Shown one piece after another: positions 1 to 9,447 of a stretch of DNA of 64,000 nt (positions are counted from its first letter, which is position 1; every line of letters begins with the position of its first letter). The stretch is taken from IMG/VR virus record IMGVR_UViG_3300008111_000002, positions 145,837 to 209,836 of that record, one strand, 5' to 3'. The notes beneath the pieces are model-generated. The model saw nothing but the letters and a program-made list of their open reading frames with translations. It had not been told where the DNA came from and searched no databases. Position numbers and translations under genes: made by a program.

Positions 1-1
1 C

Positions 2-547
2 AAAGAAATACAACAAGTTCGTCAAATATTTAGACGATCGGTTGGTTCTAGATCGGGTGGCGGCGGGGGTGGCACTGTATTTGAACCGTTCAATTTAGCC
101 TATACAAATACATACTTGTTATCATCTACTAATATGGGCGGACTAGCTACCTATGAACTGTTTGCTGGGTATCAAGAAATGGTCGGAAGAATGTTTGGTG
201 CATTTATGAACTTTCATTGGATTCCTCAAAGTAGAAAACTAGTATTACAACAACGACCTAGAAATAACGAAGAGCTTATGCTTTGGTGTTATAATACTAG
301 GCCCGATAGTTCAATAATCAACGATACCTATGCTAGTCAGTGGATTAAAGATTATAGTTTGGCTAACTGTAAAATGATACTAGGTCAAGCCAGAGAAAAA
401 TTTGCACAAATTGCCGGCCCAGCTGGCGGAACTAGTCTTAATGGCACTACATTAAAAACAGAAGCTCAGACTGAAATGGATAAACTAGTTGATGATTTGA
501 TGAAATTAGTTCCTGGCGGTCACGGCTATACATTTATTATTGGTTGA
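2..547 (+). CDS. neck/head-tail connector protein, T4 gp13-like (5' truncated by window edge)
   Basis: Frame is open from position 2 (KEIQQVRQIFRRSVG...). The C-terminus ..GQAREKFAQIAGPAGGTSLNG.. resembles T4-like neck proteins; structural context. Confidence 0.65.
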   Translation, partial: KEIQQVRQIFRRSVGSRSGGGGGGTVFEPFNLAYTNTYLLSSTNMGGLATYELFAGYQEMVGRMFGAFMNFHWIPQSRKLVLQQRPRNNEELMLWCYNTRPDSSIINDTYASQWIKDYSLANCKMILGQAREKFAQIAGPAGGTSLNGTTLKTEAQTEMDKLVDDLMKLVPGGHGYTFIIG

Positions 548-592
548 TTTTTTACTCTAGATAAATTATAATACTCTAGTCTAGGAGATATT

Positions 593-1291
593 ATGATTAT
601 AGGAATCTGCGGTTTTATTGGCAGCGGTAAAGATACTGTTGCAGACTATCTAGTAAACTTTCATGGCTTTAGACGAGAAAGTTTTGCATCTACACTAAAA
701 GACGCAGTATCCTCGGTATTCGGCTGGGACCGTACGTTATTGGAAGGGCGTACAAAAGCCGCTCGTGAATGGCGAGAACAGGTAGATCCTTGGTGGTCAG
801 AACGCCTTAACATACCCACACTCACTCCTCGCTGGGTACTACAGTATTGGGGCACAGAAGTATGCCGTAAAGGCTTCCACGATGATATTTGGATTGCAAG
901 TTTAGAAAATAAACTTAGAAACTCTAAAGATTCGGTGGTAATTTCAGATTGTCGTTTTCCTAATGAAATTAAATCTATACGAGATGCCGGTGGTATTATT
1001 GTATGGGTAAAACGTGGCGCATTACCTGAATGGTACGAATGGGCATTGAATGCAAATCGGGGCGAGACAGGTAATATGTCTTGGGCAACCAGCAAGCATA
1101 ATTTAGAAAAAGCGAGAATTCATGCTAGTGAAACTGCTTGGGTCGGTACTAAGTTTGATCACGAATTGGATAATGATTCTACTATTGATGAATTATATAG
1201 TAAAATTAGAAATCTGGTACAAGATCCCCCTGACGCCAACGAACGCCCTCTTTATGTAGGACTCTCTGACAGTTTGCACATACAGTCTTAA
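593..1291 (+). CDS. deoxynucleoside monophosphate kinase (T4 gp1-like)
   Basis: N-terminal P-loop GICGFIGSGKDT, FA..LKD, R.LQ..GTEV.R and ISDCRFPNE motifs. Confidence 0.88.
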   Translation: MIIGICGFIGSGKDTVADYLVNFHGFRRESFASTLKDAVSSVFGWDRTLLEGRTKAAREWREQVDPWWSERLNIPTLTPRWVLQYWGTEVCRKGFHDDIWIASLENKLRNSKDSVVISDCRFPNEIKSIRDAGGIIVWVKRGALPEWYEWALNANRGETGNMSWATSKHNLEKARIHASETAWVGTKFDHELDNDSTIDELYSKIRNLVQDPPDANERPLYVGLSDSLHIQS

Positions 1292-1538
1292 GATTATTTG
1301 GCCGACAATTGTTTAAATTTTCGTCTATATGATAAACATCAAACTGTTCTGGATGTTTACTGGTGTAACCACATTTATCACACTTGGATAATTTTTTATA
1401 TCCCGCTCTATACCATTTTGGTATAACATCATCATTGCCGTAAAGACAGGTTTCACACTTACTTCTATAGTAAGTTTTACCATTTTTATGGTAATTAACT
1501 GCTGCGGGCCGTAAACCACACTTACATAAGGGTCTCAT
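1206..1538 (-). CDS. HNH endonuclease with Zn-binding CxxC pairs
   Basis: CKC, CETC, CDKC and H..ENLNNCRPNNLKTVCANC..H (HNH signature). Confidence 0.75.
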   Translation of the reverse strand: MRPLCKCGLRPAAVNYHKNGKTYYRSKCETCLYGNDDVIPKWYRAGYKKLSKCDKCGYTSKHPEQFDVYHIDENLNNCRPNNLKTVCANCQRVLHKEGVRWRQGDLVPDF

Positions 1539-1604
1539 AAAAATATTTACCCTTTTTGGCCCCTTTTCTTCTGGTTGTAAGCTACCGTTTTTTCAAAATG
1601 GCAA

Positions 1605-1610
1605 TAAATA
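1605..1610 (+). promoter_or_regulatory. late-promoter-like TAAATA upstream of tail sheath
   Basis: TAAATA also lies just upstream of starts at 5714, 8150, 11044, 17592, 26314, 33474, 38489, 39556 and 41676; resembles the T4 late promoter TATAAATA. Confidence 0.6.
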
Positions 1611-1643
1611 TATTAGAGTATTTAATACCGGGAGATTTATCAG

Positions 1644-4600
1644 ATGGCAACATTAAATTCACCAGGCGCATCAGTAACCGTCATTGACGAAAGTTTCTAT
1701 ACGCCAGCAGAGCCAGGTACAGTTCCACTAATAGTAGTGGCTACCGGACAGAATAAAACAAATGGCGCAGGCACAGGCACAGCCGTAGCGACCACAAAAG
1801 CAAATGCAGGTAAAGCATTTAAAATTACCAGTCAAAGAGACTTAGTTGATAACTATGGGGTTCCTTTCTTTGAAAAAACAGTAAGTGGAACACCAGTACA
1901 TGGATCTGAAAGAAACGAATACGGTCTTTTATCAGCGTACAGCTTATTAGGTGTATCCAATGCTGCTTTTATTGTAAGAGCAGACATTGATTTAACTCAG
2001 CTTGCTGGAAGCACAACAGCCCCGGGAGCGAACCCTGACAATGGTGACTGGTGGTTAGATACTGCCAACACCGCATGGGGTATTTTTGAATGGAATGGAA
2101 ACGCAGCCAGCACAACAGGCGGTCAGAAATTTGCATCAAAGACTCCAATTGTGTTAACATCAGATGATAACGTTAATCTTGAAAATAGTGGTTCATATGG
2201 TCGTGCTCCAAAATCAAGTGTTGGAGTTCCGGGCGACTATGCTGTAGTTGCAGAAATGAATGAGACCTACACTGTTGATAAAGAATCTGTAAAGATTTTT
2301 TATAAGAGAGATACCACTTTATTAGGTGGCGATGCTTGGGTACTAGTTGGTTCTACTGCATGGGCTGCTAGTCATGCTACAGTAAAAAGTACAGTAACAA
2401 GCCCATCAATTACAGCTGGACAAACATTTTTAATTAACGGTGTAACTGTAACAGCTACTGGCACTGATGCAACATCTTTAGTAACAGCAATTAATGCACT
2501 TAACATCAACGGCGTAACCGCAGCAAAAAGCTTTGATAGAGTATATCTATACACAGATGCTACTAACGACGATAATGTTGGCGATTCTGCTAGATCAAAT
2601 GCAATTATTATTGCCAGTGGCGGCGGAAATTCTGGAACAATCTTAACAGACGTTGGACTTACTGCTGGTACCTACTACGGTCCACAGTTACAAATGAGTC
2701 CACATACACAGGTTCCTGAATTTAGATCAGACGACACAAATCCACGACCAAGCGGTAGTGTATGGATCAAAACAACAGAACCAAATATTGGATCTCGTTG
2801 GAGATTAAAACAATGGAGCAGCGGTACAAGTCTATGGACTGCTAAAGAATCTCCATTATATGCAACAACACATGCAGCTATTTTTAATTTAGATAGAACA
2901 GGCGGTGGCACAAATATTCCGGTCGATACAGCATTTATTCAATATAATTCAACAGAAGATTTTGGATACGATAACACTCCACAGACAGCAACTTTCCGTG
3001 TATGGAAAAGAAAAGTTGCTGGACAAACTAGAGTAGTATCTGCTCCTGTTGCAGCAAATACATTTATAGCTGGAACAAATACTTTTACTATTCGAGAAAT
3101 GGTAAAAGGTCAGTTAGCTCTTGACACAGCAAAAACTGTAACATTTACAGCAACCGCGGGTGCTTCTGATTCTGACAGAATCGCTACTGCAATTAATGCT
3201 TTAGGATTAACACAGGTTGAAGCAAGTGTAACCAGTGCAAATGAAGTTGTAATTGTCCACAAAACAGGTGGAGATATTAGATTCACCGACGGAACGAATG
3301 TTCCATTGGGTAAAATCTTTACAGCATTTAACCAATCGGCATTAACAGGTACAGCTAATTTATATTCTTTAGTTGGTATTGGTACCGGTGGTACTTTCTT
3401 AGCAAGTAACTGGTTACCATTGTTTAACGCATCGAATGATTTTAAATCTAAGAGATCTGCGCCGTTAAACGAGCCAGCTGACGGACAACTATGGTTTAAT
3501 CCTAGTTTCAGCGATGTAGACATTATGACACATAACGGTACATCATGGAAAGGTTACAAAACAGTATTTCCAAATACTGACCCAGCAGGTCCAATTGTTG
3601 CAGCTTCAAAACCAACAACACAAAGTGACGGCACTGCATTAGTAGACAATGATTTATGGATTAGTACAGCAGATGCTGAAAACTTCCCAACTATCTACAG
3701 ATATAATAATAATACTAAGGAATGGGTATTAGTAGATAAAACTGATGATCAATCAGAAGAGGGTGTTGTGTTTGCTGATGCACGTTACGGTTCAAGCGGT
3801 GCTACAGGAAACGTAGCAGCAAGTATTGTGACATTGTTAACAAATGATTTTGTTGATCCAGATGCTCCAGATCCAGCAAACTATCCAAGAAGTATTTTGT
3901 TATACAACACAAGACGTAGCAGTGGCAACGTTAAAAAATACAGAAATAATTATATCGATACAACTAAAGACAACACACGTTATCTAGGTCAATCTATGGC
4001 TGCTTACGCAACTGATCGTTGGGTAACTGCAAGTGGTAATCAAGAAGACGGTAGTGGAACTTTTGGACGCATTGCTCAGCGTCAAGTAGTTGTACAGGCA
4101 CTTAAAGCTGCTGTCGATACAAGTCAAGAAATTCGCGACGAAGAGCGTCGTAACTTTAATTTAATTGCTTGTCCGGGGTATCCTGAGCTATTAAGCAATC
4201 TAGTTAATTTAAATCTTGATCGCGGTGTAACATCATTTGTTCTTGGGGATAGTCCACTAAGACTAACAGCAGATTCAACTAGTTTAACCAACTGGGGAAC
4301 TAATGCTAACGGTGCATTAGACAACGGTGATAAGGGACTAGTAAGCTACGATGAATACAGTGCAGTTTGGTATCCAAACGGATTCACTACAGATCTAAGC
4401 GGTGTGAACGCAGTGGTACCAGCAAGTCACATGATGTTACGTACAATTGCTTTAAGTGATCAAGTAAGTTATCCATGGTTTGCACCAGCTGGTACAAGAC
4501 GTGGCGGTATTACAAATGCAACAGCAGTTGGTTATATTGATAGATCAACTGGAGAATTCCAACAAGTAGCATTAAACGAAGGACAGCGAGATACATTATA

Positions 4601-5000
4601 TGATATTAAAGTAAATCCAATCGCGTTCTTTAACGGCGTTGGGCATGTTGCATATGGTCAAAAAACTCGTGCAAGAAATGCAAGTGCATTAGATAGAATT
4701 AATGTAGCACGTTTAGTAGTTTACCTACGTAGTCAATTAAGTAAATTGGCTCGCCCGTACGTGTTTGAACCAAACGATAAAATTACTCGTGATGAAATCA
4801 AACAAGCATGTGACAGTCTATTACTTGAACTAGTAGGTTTAAGAGCAATCTATGACTTCGCAGTTGTGTGTGATGAATCTAATAACACTCCAACTAGAAT
4901 TGATAGAAATGAGCTTTATGTAGATATTGCAATCGAACCAGTGAAGGCCATTGAGTTTATCTACATTCCATTACGTATCAAAAATACAGGGGAGATTTAA
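1644..5000 (+). CDS. gp18: contractile tail sheath protein
   Basis: N-term SPGASVTVIDES, C-term WFAPAGTRRG, YGQKT, LDRINVARL, FEPND, IAIEPVKAIEFIYI. Confidence 0.93.
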   Translation: MATLNSPGASVTVIDESFYTPAEPGTVPLIVVATGQNKTNGAGTGTAVATTKANAGKAFKITSQRDLVDNYGVPFFEKTVSGTPVHGSERNEYGLLSAYSLLGVSNAAFIVRADIDLTQLAGSTTAPGANPDNGDWWLDTANTAWGIFEWNGNAASTTGGQKFASKTPIVLTSDDNVNLENSGSYGRAPKSSVGVPGDYAVVAEMNETYTVDKESVKIFYKRDTTLLGGDAWVLVGSTAWAASHATVKSTVTSPSITAGQTFLINGVTVTATGTDATSLVTAINALNINGVTAAKSFDRVYLYTDATNDDNVGDSARSNAIIIASGGGNSGTILTDVGLTAGTYYGPQLQMSPHTQVPEFRSDDTNPRPSGSVWIKTTEPNIGSRWRLKQWSSGTSLWTAKESPLYATTHAAIFNLDRTGGGTNIPVDTAFIQYNSTEDFGYDNTPQTATFRVWKRKVAGQTRVVSAPVAANTFIAGTNTFTIREMVKGQLALDTAKTVTFTATAGASDSDRIATAINALGLTQVEASVTSANEVVIVHKTGGDIRFTDGTNVPLGKIFTAFNQSALTGTANLYSLVGIGTGGTFLASNWLPLFNASNDFKSKRSAPLNEPADGQLWFNPSFSDVDIMTHNGTSWKGYKTVFPNTDPAGPIVAASKPTTQSDGTALVDNDLWISTADAENFPTIYRYNNNTKEWVLVDKTDDQSEEGVVFADARYGSSGATGNVAASIVTLLTNDFVDPDAPDPANYPRSILLYNTRRSSGNVKKYRNNYIDTTKDNTRYLGQSMAAYATDRWVTASGNQEDGSGTFGRIAQRQVVVQALKAAVDTSQEIRDEERRNFNLIACPGYPELLSNLVNLNLDRGVTSFVLGDSPLRLTADSTSLTNWGTNANGALDNGDKGLVSYDEYSAVWYPNGFTTDLSGVNAVVPASHMMLRTIALSDQVSYPWFAPAGTRRGGITNATAVGYIDRSTGEFQQVALNEGQRDTLYDIKVNPIAFFNGVGHVAYGQKTRARNASALDRINVARLVVYLRSQLSKLARPYVFEPNDKITRDEIKQACDSLLLELVGLRAIYDFAVVCDESNNTPTRIDRNELYVDIAIEPVKAIEFIYIPLRIKNTGEI

Positions 5001-5003
5001 TAA

Positions 5004-5657
5004 ATGGCAATTACCTCATTAAACAAATACACAGTACCGTTAGCTAGTAATCAATCTAGCTCTACGCAAGGTCTGTTAATGCCAAAACTCAAGTATCGCT
5101 TTAGAGTGATACTACAAGGATTTGGTGCAACTGGTTCTATTTCAACAGAACTGACCAAGCAGGTAATGGACATTACCAGACCAAAAGTTAGTTTTGAAGA
5201 AATGGAAATTCCTGTATACAATTCTAAAGTTTATCTAGCAGGAAAGTATACTTGGGAAACAATGACATTAACTTTAAGAGATGATGCTAGTGGCAACGTT
5301 CAACGTCTAGTTGGCGAGCAAATTCAGAAACAATTTGACTTTATGGAGCAAGCCGCAGCACGTTCTGGTATTGACTATAAGTTTACAACTAAGATTGAAA
5401 TCTTAGATGGCGGCAATGGTGCAAGTGCTCCAACTACTTTAGAAACTTTTGAAGTATACGGTTGCTTTATTCAAAACGCAGATTACGGCGAGATGAATTA
5501 CGGAACTAACGAACCTGCAACAGTAGCATTAACTATTAGATTTGATAATGCCGTACAATACAAAGGCGGTCAGATCGACGGTATTGGTCGTGCAATTGGT
5601 CAGCGTGTTGCTGCTGGCGCTGGAAGTACTGGCGGTGGTTCAGCAACAGTTGGTTAA
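5004..5657 (+). CDS. gp19: tail tube protein
   Basis: Directly follows the sheath; KYRFRV, RPKVSFEE, GKYTWETMTLTLRDD, YGCF tube motifs. Confidence 0.9.
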   Translation: MAITSLNKYTVPLASNQSSSTQGLLMPKLKYRFRVILQGFGATGSISTELTKQVMDITRPKVSFEEMEIPVYNSKVYLAGKYTWETMTLTLRDDASGNVQRLVGEQIQKQFDFMEQAAARSGIDYKFTTKIEILDGGNGASAPTTLETFEVYGCFIQNADYGEMNYGTNEPATVALTIRFDNAVQYKGGQIDGIGRAIGQRVAAGAGSTGGGSATVG

Positions 5658-5675
5658 TTAAGACTGTAGCAATAA

Positions 5676-5708
5676 TAAAAAGCCCAGAGCAACTTCTGGG
5701 CTTTTTTA
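5676..5708. terminator. intrinsic (probably bidirectional) terminator
   Basis: AAAAAGCCCAGAG-caa-CTTCTGGGCTTTTTT hairpin with A/T tails after the tube gene. Confidence 0.85.
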
Positions 5709-5724
5709 TTCAATAAATAAATGT

Positions 5725-6852
5725 ATGGCAAATAAATTCACACGTTTCTTAAATGGTATTGTTAACGGAGCAACAAATCCAAAAGGCAACATGGCCAACT
5801 GGAGGCATGCTACTCGAATCTTTGTTGATAATAACTATGCATTGGCGCCAAGAACAAAATTCATGTTCTTTGTGCAATTTAATATTAGTAATGAAGCAGT
5901 TGGCGCGACCTCATTTAATGAAAGACACAGCGGAGAAGTAGGTCTATTAGTAAAAACTGCAGATTTACCAAAATATGCTTTTGATCAAGTTATTAAAAAT
6001 CAATATAATAGAAAAAAGATTTTATATAAACAAATTAACTATGAACCTATAACTATTACTCTTCACGATGATAATACTGGTGTTGTTAATGCTATGTGGG
6101 CATTATATTACGGAACCCATATTGCTGATAGATTAGCACCGACTGCTGCATATACCACTGATCATTATCGTCCTGCTGCTCAAGACATGGAGAATTATAA
6201 TTATGGAATGGATAATCGATATTTTTCTCCCTTTTTTAATAGTATTTCAATTTATACAATGAGTCGTCGAAGATACAACGGATATACATTAATTAATCCA
6301 AGAATTACAAATTGGTCGCACGGCAATCTTTCCTATGCAGAAAGTGGAACTGCAGAAAGTCAAATGACTCTTTCATATGAAGCTGTTCAATATAGTTCTG
6401 GTCAAGTATTTCAAGATGTTCCAGATGGTTTTGCCAAAGGTGCATACTATGACTTGGTACCTAGTCCGTTAAGTGTTGCTGGCGGTGGCGTCAGTAATTT
6501 GTTTGGCGATGGCGGAGTTTTATCAGGAATGGAATCAGTATTTGGAGATGTATCAAAAGGCAATATTTTTACTAAAAAAGGCGGATTTTTAAATACCGCT
6601 ATTGCCGCAATTAATACTGCAAAAAATCTAAGTAATTTGACTAAAGAAGGTTTAGCAGCAGAATTTGCAAATATTTTATCATCACCCGGAGGATTTGATG
6701 CTGCCGTTAATACCGTAGGAGGTATTGTTGGAACAGTATTTCCTAAAAATGCCGGAACCAGTCCATCAAATAACGACGGAGTAGCATCGCCAAGAACCAT
6801 TGCAACTGCTGCATTTACCGGAGCTCCTGTGACATCACCATCAGGAGAATAA
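5725..6852 (+). CDS. tube-related baseplate protein (gp48/gp54-like tube cap/initiator)
   Basis: Tube-fold motifs KTADLPKY..., YEPITITLHDD, MTLSYE; Gly-rich C-terminus; follows gp19. Confidence 0.55.
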   Translation: MANKFTRFLNGIVNGATNPKGNMANWRHATRIFVDNNYALAPRTKFMFFVQFNISNEAVGATSFNERHSGEVGLLVKTADLPKYAFDQVIKNQYNRKKILYKQINYEPITITLHDDNTGVVNAMWALYYGTHIADRLAPTAAYTTDHYRPAAQDMENYNYGMDNRYFSPFFNSISIYTMSRRRYNGYTLINPRITNWSHGNLSYAESGTAESQMTLSYEAVQYSSGQVFQDVPDGFAKGAYYDLVPSPLSVAGGGVSNLFGDGGVLSGMESVFGDVSKGNIFTKKGGFLNTAIAAINTAKNLSNLTKEGLAAEFANILSSPGGFDAAVNTVGGIVGTVFPKNAGTSPSNNDGVASPRTIATAAFTGAPVTSPSGE

Positions 6853-6853
6853 T

Positions 6854-7222
6854 ATGCCAACTAATTTACCACCAAGACAATATACAGATACTGGTCAAGC
6901 AACAAAATTATTTTTTGATAGTTATGGAAGAGCACCTTTAGAATTCAATGCCAACGAAGTTGGAGCAGCGCAGGCATTTTTTGAAGAAAAAGGATTTGAT
7001 ATCGATGCCGCCGCGTTAACATCGGCTGTTCTTTTAAAACAGGCTAAGATTGATAATGTAAATGTATTTGAAATATTAGATACATTAAAAGGATTGAACA
7101 ATCTTCAGTTAAGTTCAATTGTTGCAGAAATTATTAATAATAATAGACCAGCAACATCCACTCTAGGTTATAGAGCAGTAAAAGTAACTAACGACTCTGT
7201 TAATAGAAATATAATACCATAA
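6854..7222 (+). CDS. hypothetical protein (structural module)
   Basis: 122-aa ORF tightly packed in the structural operon. Confidence 0.6.
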   Translation: MPTNLPPRQYTDTGQATKLFFDSYGRAPLEFNANEVGAAQAFFEEKGFDIDAAALTSAVLLKQAKIDNVNVFEILDTLKGLNNLQLSSIVAEIINNNRPATSTLGYRAVKVTNDSVNRNIIP

Positions 7223-7223
7223 T

Positions 7224-7667
7224 ATGTCGTCAAGATTTGCTCAAGGTAAATTTGAAATGAAAAATCCCGACAAATACATCGGGAAGAAAACTCCGCTAGC
7301 TCGTAGTAGTTGGGAATTTGTTTTTATGAAAATGTTAGATGAACATCCCGGAGTTGAACATTGGGCTAGTGAAAGTATACAAATACCTTATAGAGATCCA
7401 TTAACTGGAAAATATACAATATATGTTCCGGATTTTTTTGTTCAGTATACTGATAAAAGTGGAAAAAAACATGCAGAAGTGGTAGAAGTAAAACCCCAGA
7501 GTCAAACACTAAGAGAACACACTGGTAAGAGTCAATATAATCAAGCGCAATATGTTAAAAACTTAGCCAAGTGGGAAGCTGCCGTTGCTTGGTGTAAACA
7601 AAAAGGTATCAAGTTTAGAGTAGTAAACGAAGGCGATATTTTCCATCAGGGTAAAAAACGTAGATAA
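7224..7667 (+). CDS. head completion nuclease (T4 gp4-like, TnsA-N/PD-(D/E)xK fold)
   Basis: RSSWE, WASE.I.IPY, Y.PDF, EVKP..Q, N.AKW.AA..WC motifs. Confidence 0.82.
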   Translation: MSSRFAQGKFEMKNPDKYIGKKTPLARSSWEFVFMKMLDEHPGVEHWASESIQIPYRDPLTGKYTIYVPDFFVQYTDKSGKKHAEVVEVKPQSQTLREHTGKSQYNQAQYVKNLAKWEAAVAWCKQKGIKFRVVNEGDIFHQGKKRR

Positions 7668-7675
7668 GTATTGAT

Positions 7676-8152
7676 ATGACTAAAAAACTTGAAGACCTTT
7701 TTAACTTACCTGAAAAAAAAGATGAAAAATATGTTTCATCAGTACCTGCCGAACACGAGCAGGTAAAAGATTTAGATCGTAGCTATAAAGAAGTTGAAGA
7801 AATAACCAAATCATTACCTGAAATTAAAGAATTAGAAAATCTTGATGAAAAAGAATTAGACGATCTAGCTCAAAAAGCTGAACAAGCATATGATGATTTA
7901 ATGGATTTGGGCATGAATGTAGAAGTGCGATATGCTAGTAGAATTTTTGAAGTTGCTAGTAGTATGTTAGGACACGCAATTACTGCTAAATCTAATAAAG
8001 TTGAAAAGAAATTAAAAGCTATTGATTTACAGCTTAAAAAGTACAAAATAGACAAAGATACGCCAAGTTCAGAAAACGATGTATTAAATGGACAAGGATT
8101 TATTATTACAGATAGAAATGAGCTGATGAAAAAACTCAGCCAAAAGGAATAA
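7676..8152 (+). CDS. possible terminase small subunit (gp16-like)
   Basis: Helical 158 aa, FEVASSML segment and C-terminal FIITDRNELMKKL resembling the gp16 tail; upstream of terL. Confidence 0.42.
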   Translation: MTKKLEDLFNLPEKKDEKYVSSVPAEHEQVKDLDRSYKEVEEITKSLPEIKELENLDEKELDDLAQKAEQAYDDLMDLGMNVEVRYASRIFEVASSMLGHAITAKSNKVEKKLKAIDLQLKKYKIDKDTPSSENDVLNGQGFIITDRNELMKKLSQKE

Positions 8153-8160
8153 ATATACGT

Positions 8161-8736
8161 ATGAAAACTTTTAAAGAATATCTAGCTGAAAGCAAAAAAA
8201 TGTGGTCCTTTAGGATCAAAGTTGCGGGTGAGCTGCCCGAGGGCTTTCAGTCAACAGTTAAAGATCGTCTCCAAAAATTTGGATGCACACGATTTGATAA
8301 AACAGCTCAAACTCCAATACAGAAAAATGCTATTGATTTTCCGCAATTGGAAAACATAGAAGTTTCGATGTTTGAAGTTGAAACAGCATATCCTGTTACA
8401 CCTCCAGAAATTGCAAGCATTATTAAATCATGTGATTTGATCAAAGAAGAATATGTGTTGGTGAGATACACTACTGAAGAATTGGAACAAACAGTTGCTG
8501 GCGATGAATCTGGTAAATCTTTGTTAACAGACCCGTCATATAGCGAAGTTGCTAAGATTAAACATAAAGATTATTTTGGTGATGATTTTAATAAATCATT
8601 CTTAAAAGATTTAGAGAAAACAGCTAAAGCACGTAAAAAAGAATTGGGACATGACAAAGGTAAACCTGATGTTCTAGGATCAGCTCCCAAAGCTAAAGAA
8701 GATAAAGCCGGTGCTAAAAGCGCCGTGGGGAGTTAA
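8161..8736 (+). CDS. hypothetical protein with T4-type capsid-targeting-like N-terminus
   Basis: Begins MKTFKEYLAE, close to the T4 internal-protein CTS (MKTYQEFIAE); TAAATA at 8150. Confidence 0.6.
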   Translation: MKTFKEYLAESKKMWSFRIKVAGELPEGFQSTVKDRLQKFGCTRFDKTAQTPIQKNAIDFPQLENIEVSMFEVETAYPVTPPEIASIIKSCDLIKEEYVLVRYTTEELEQTVAGDESGKSLLTDPSYSEVAKIKHKDYFGDDFNKSFLKDLEKTAKARKKELGHDKGKPDVLGSAPKAKEDKAGAKSAVGS

Positions 8737-8737
8737 T

Positions 8738-9433
8738 ATGAACTTTAATGAATTATATAGAAAAATTGCAGATTTAGATAAACCGGTTGGCGAGGAGTGC
8801 GGAATGCCATCAGCAATGCCAAGTACACCTCCGGCAAACGAACCACCTCCTAGTATGAGCGTAAATTTAAATGCTCAGGGAATGGATAATATTTCAAATC
8901 TAATGAAATTAATTTCTAAGGTCAATCCAGATGTAGCTGGACCAAAAGTAGATGCTATGGTTGCTCCTCTACAAATTAATAAACCGGATGCAATGAATAA
9001 TGCAGAGTTAGATGACATTGATACCGATGATAACAAATTAGATATTGATGTCGACGGTGATAGTCAGCCAGACATTGCTCTTAAGAAGGGCGAAGCTTAT
9101 AGTAACCAACCTAATGAACAATATGCAGACATAGACGACATTACAGTTAATGCAGGTGGCGGAATGAATGGTCCAAAACATCCAAAAGATCTACGTGTAA
9201 AAGATCCATCACCTTACGAAAATGAAGCATACGAAAACGAGCCAGATGAAAAATATGATGATCATTTAAGAATCATTAAACATCTAGCAGGTGGTATGAA
9301 CAAAGAAAAAACAATGGTTAAGCACAGTTACAAACAAGGCGATAATCCAATGGCTATGCCAGAGAGCGAAGATCCTTTAGCAGCTATTAAAAATGATCTA
9401 CGTGCTCGTTTACAAGAATATAAGAATCAGTAA
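8738..9433 (+). CDS. acidic hypothetical protein, possible internal head/scaffold component
   Basis: ATG at 8738 after GGGAG; two internal repeats EAYSNQPNEQY / EAYENEPDEKY. Confidence 0.55.
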   Translation: MNFNELYRKIADLDKPVGEECGMPSAMPSTPPANEPPPSMSVNLNAQGMDNISNLMKLISKVNPDVAGPKVDAMVAPLQINKPDAMNNAELDDIDTDDNKLDIDVDGDSQPDIALKKGEAYSNQPNEQYADIDDITVNAGGGMNGPKHPKDLRVKDPSPYENEAYENEPDEKYDDHLRIIKHLAGGMNKEKTMVKHSYKQGDNPMAMPESEDPLAAIKNDLRARLQEYKNQ

Positions 9434-9447
9434 TAAGGATTGACCCC

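Noticed and set aside
1206-1538. HNH gene as a mobile homing element
   Set aside because: No intron or insertion boundaries visible; reported only as a CDS
1644-5000. Unusually long tail sheath (1118 aa) as intein-containing
   Set aside because: The extra length is Thr/Gly-rich beta-type insertion with no splice-junction motifs; enlarged sheaths are known in large myoviruses
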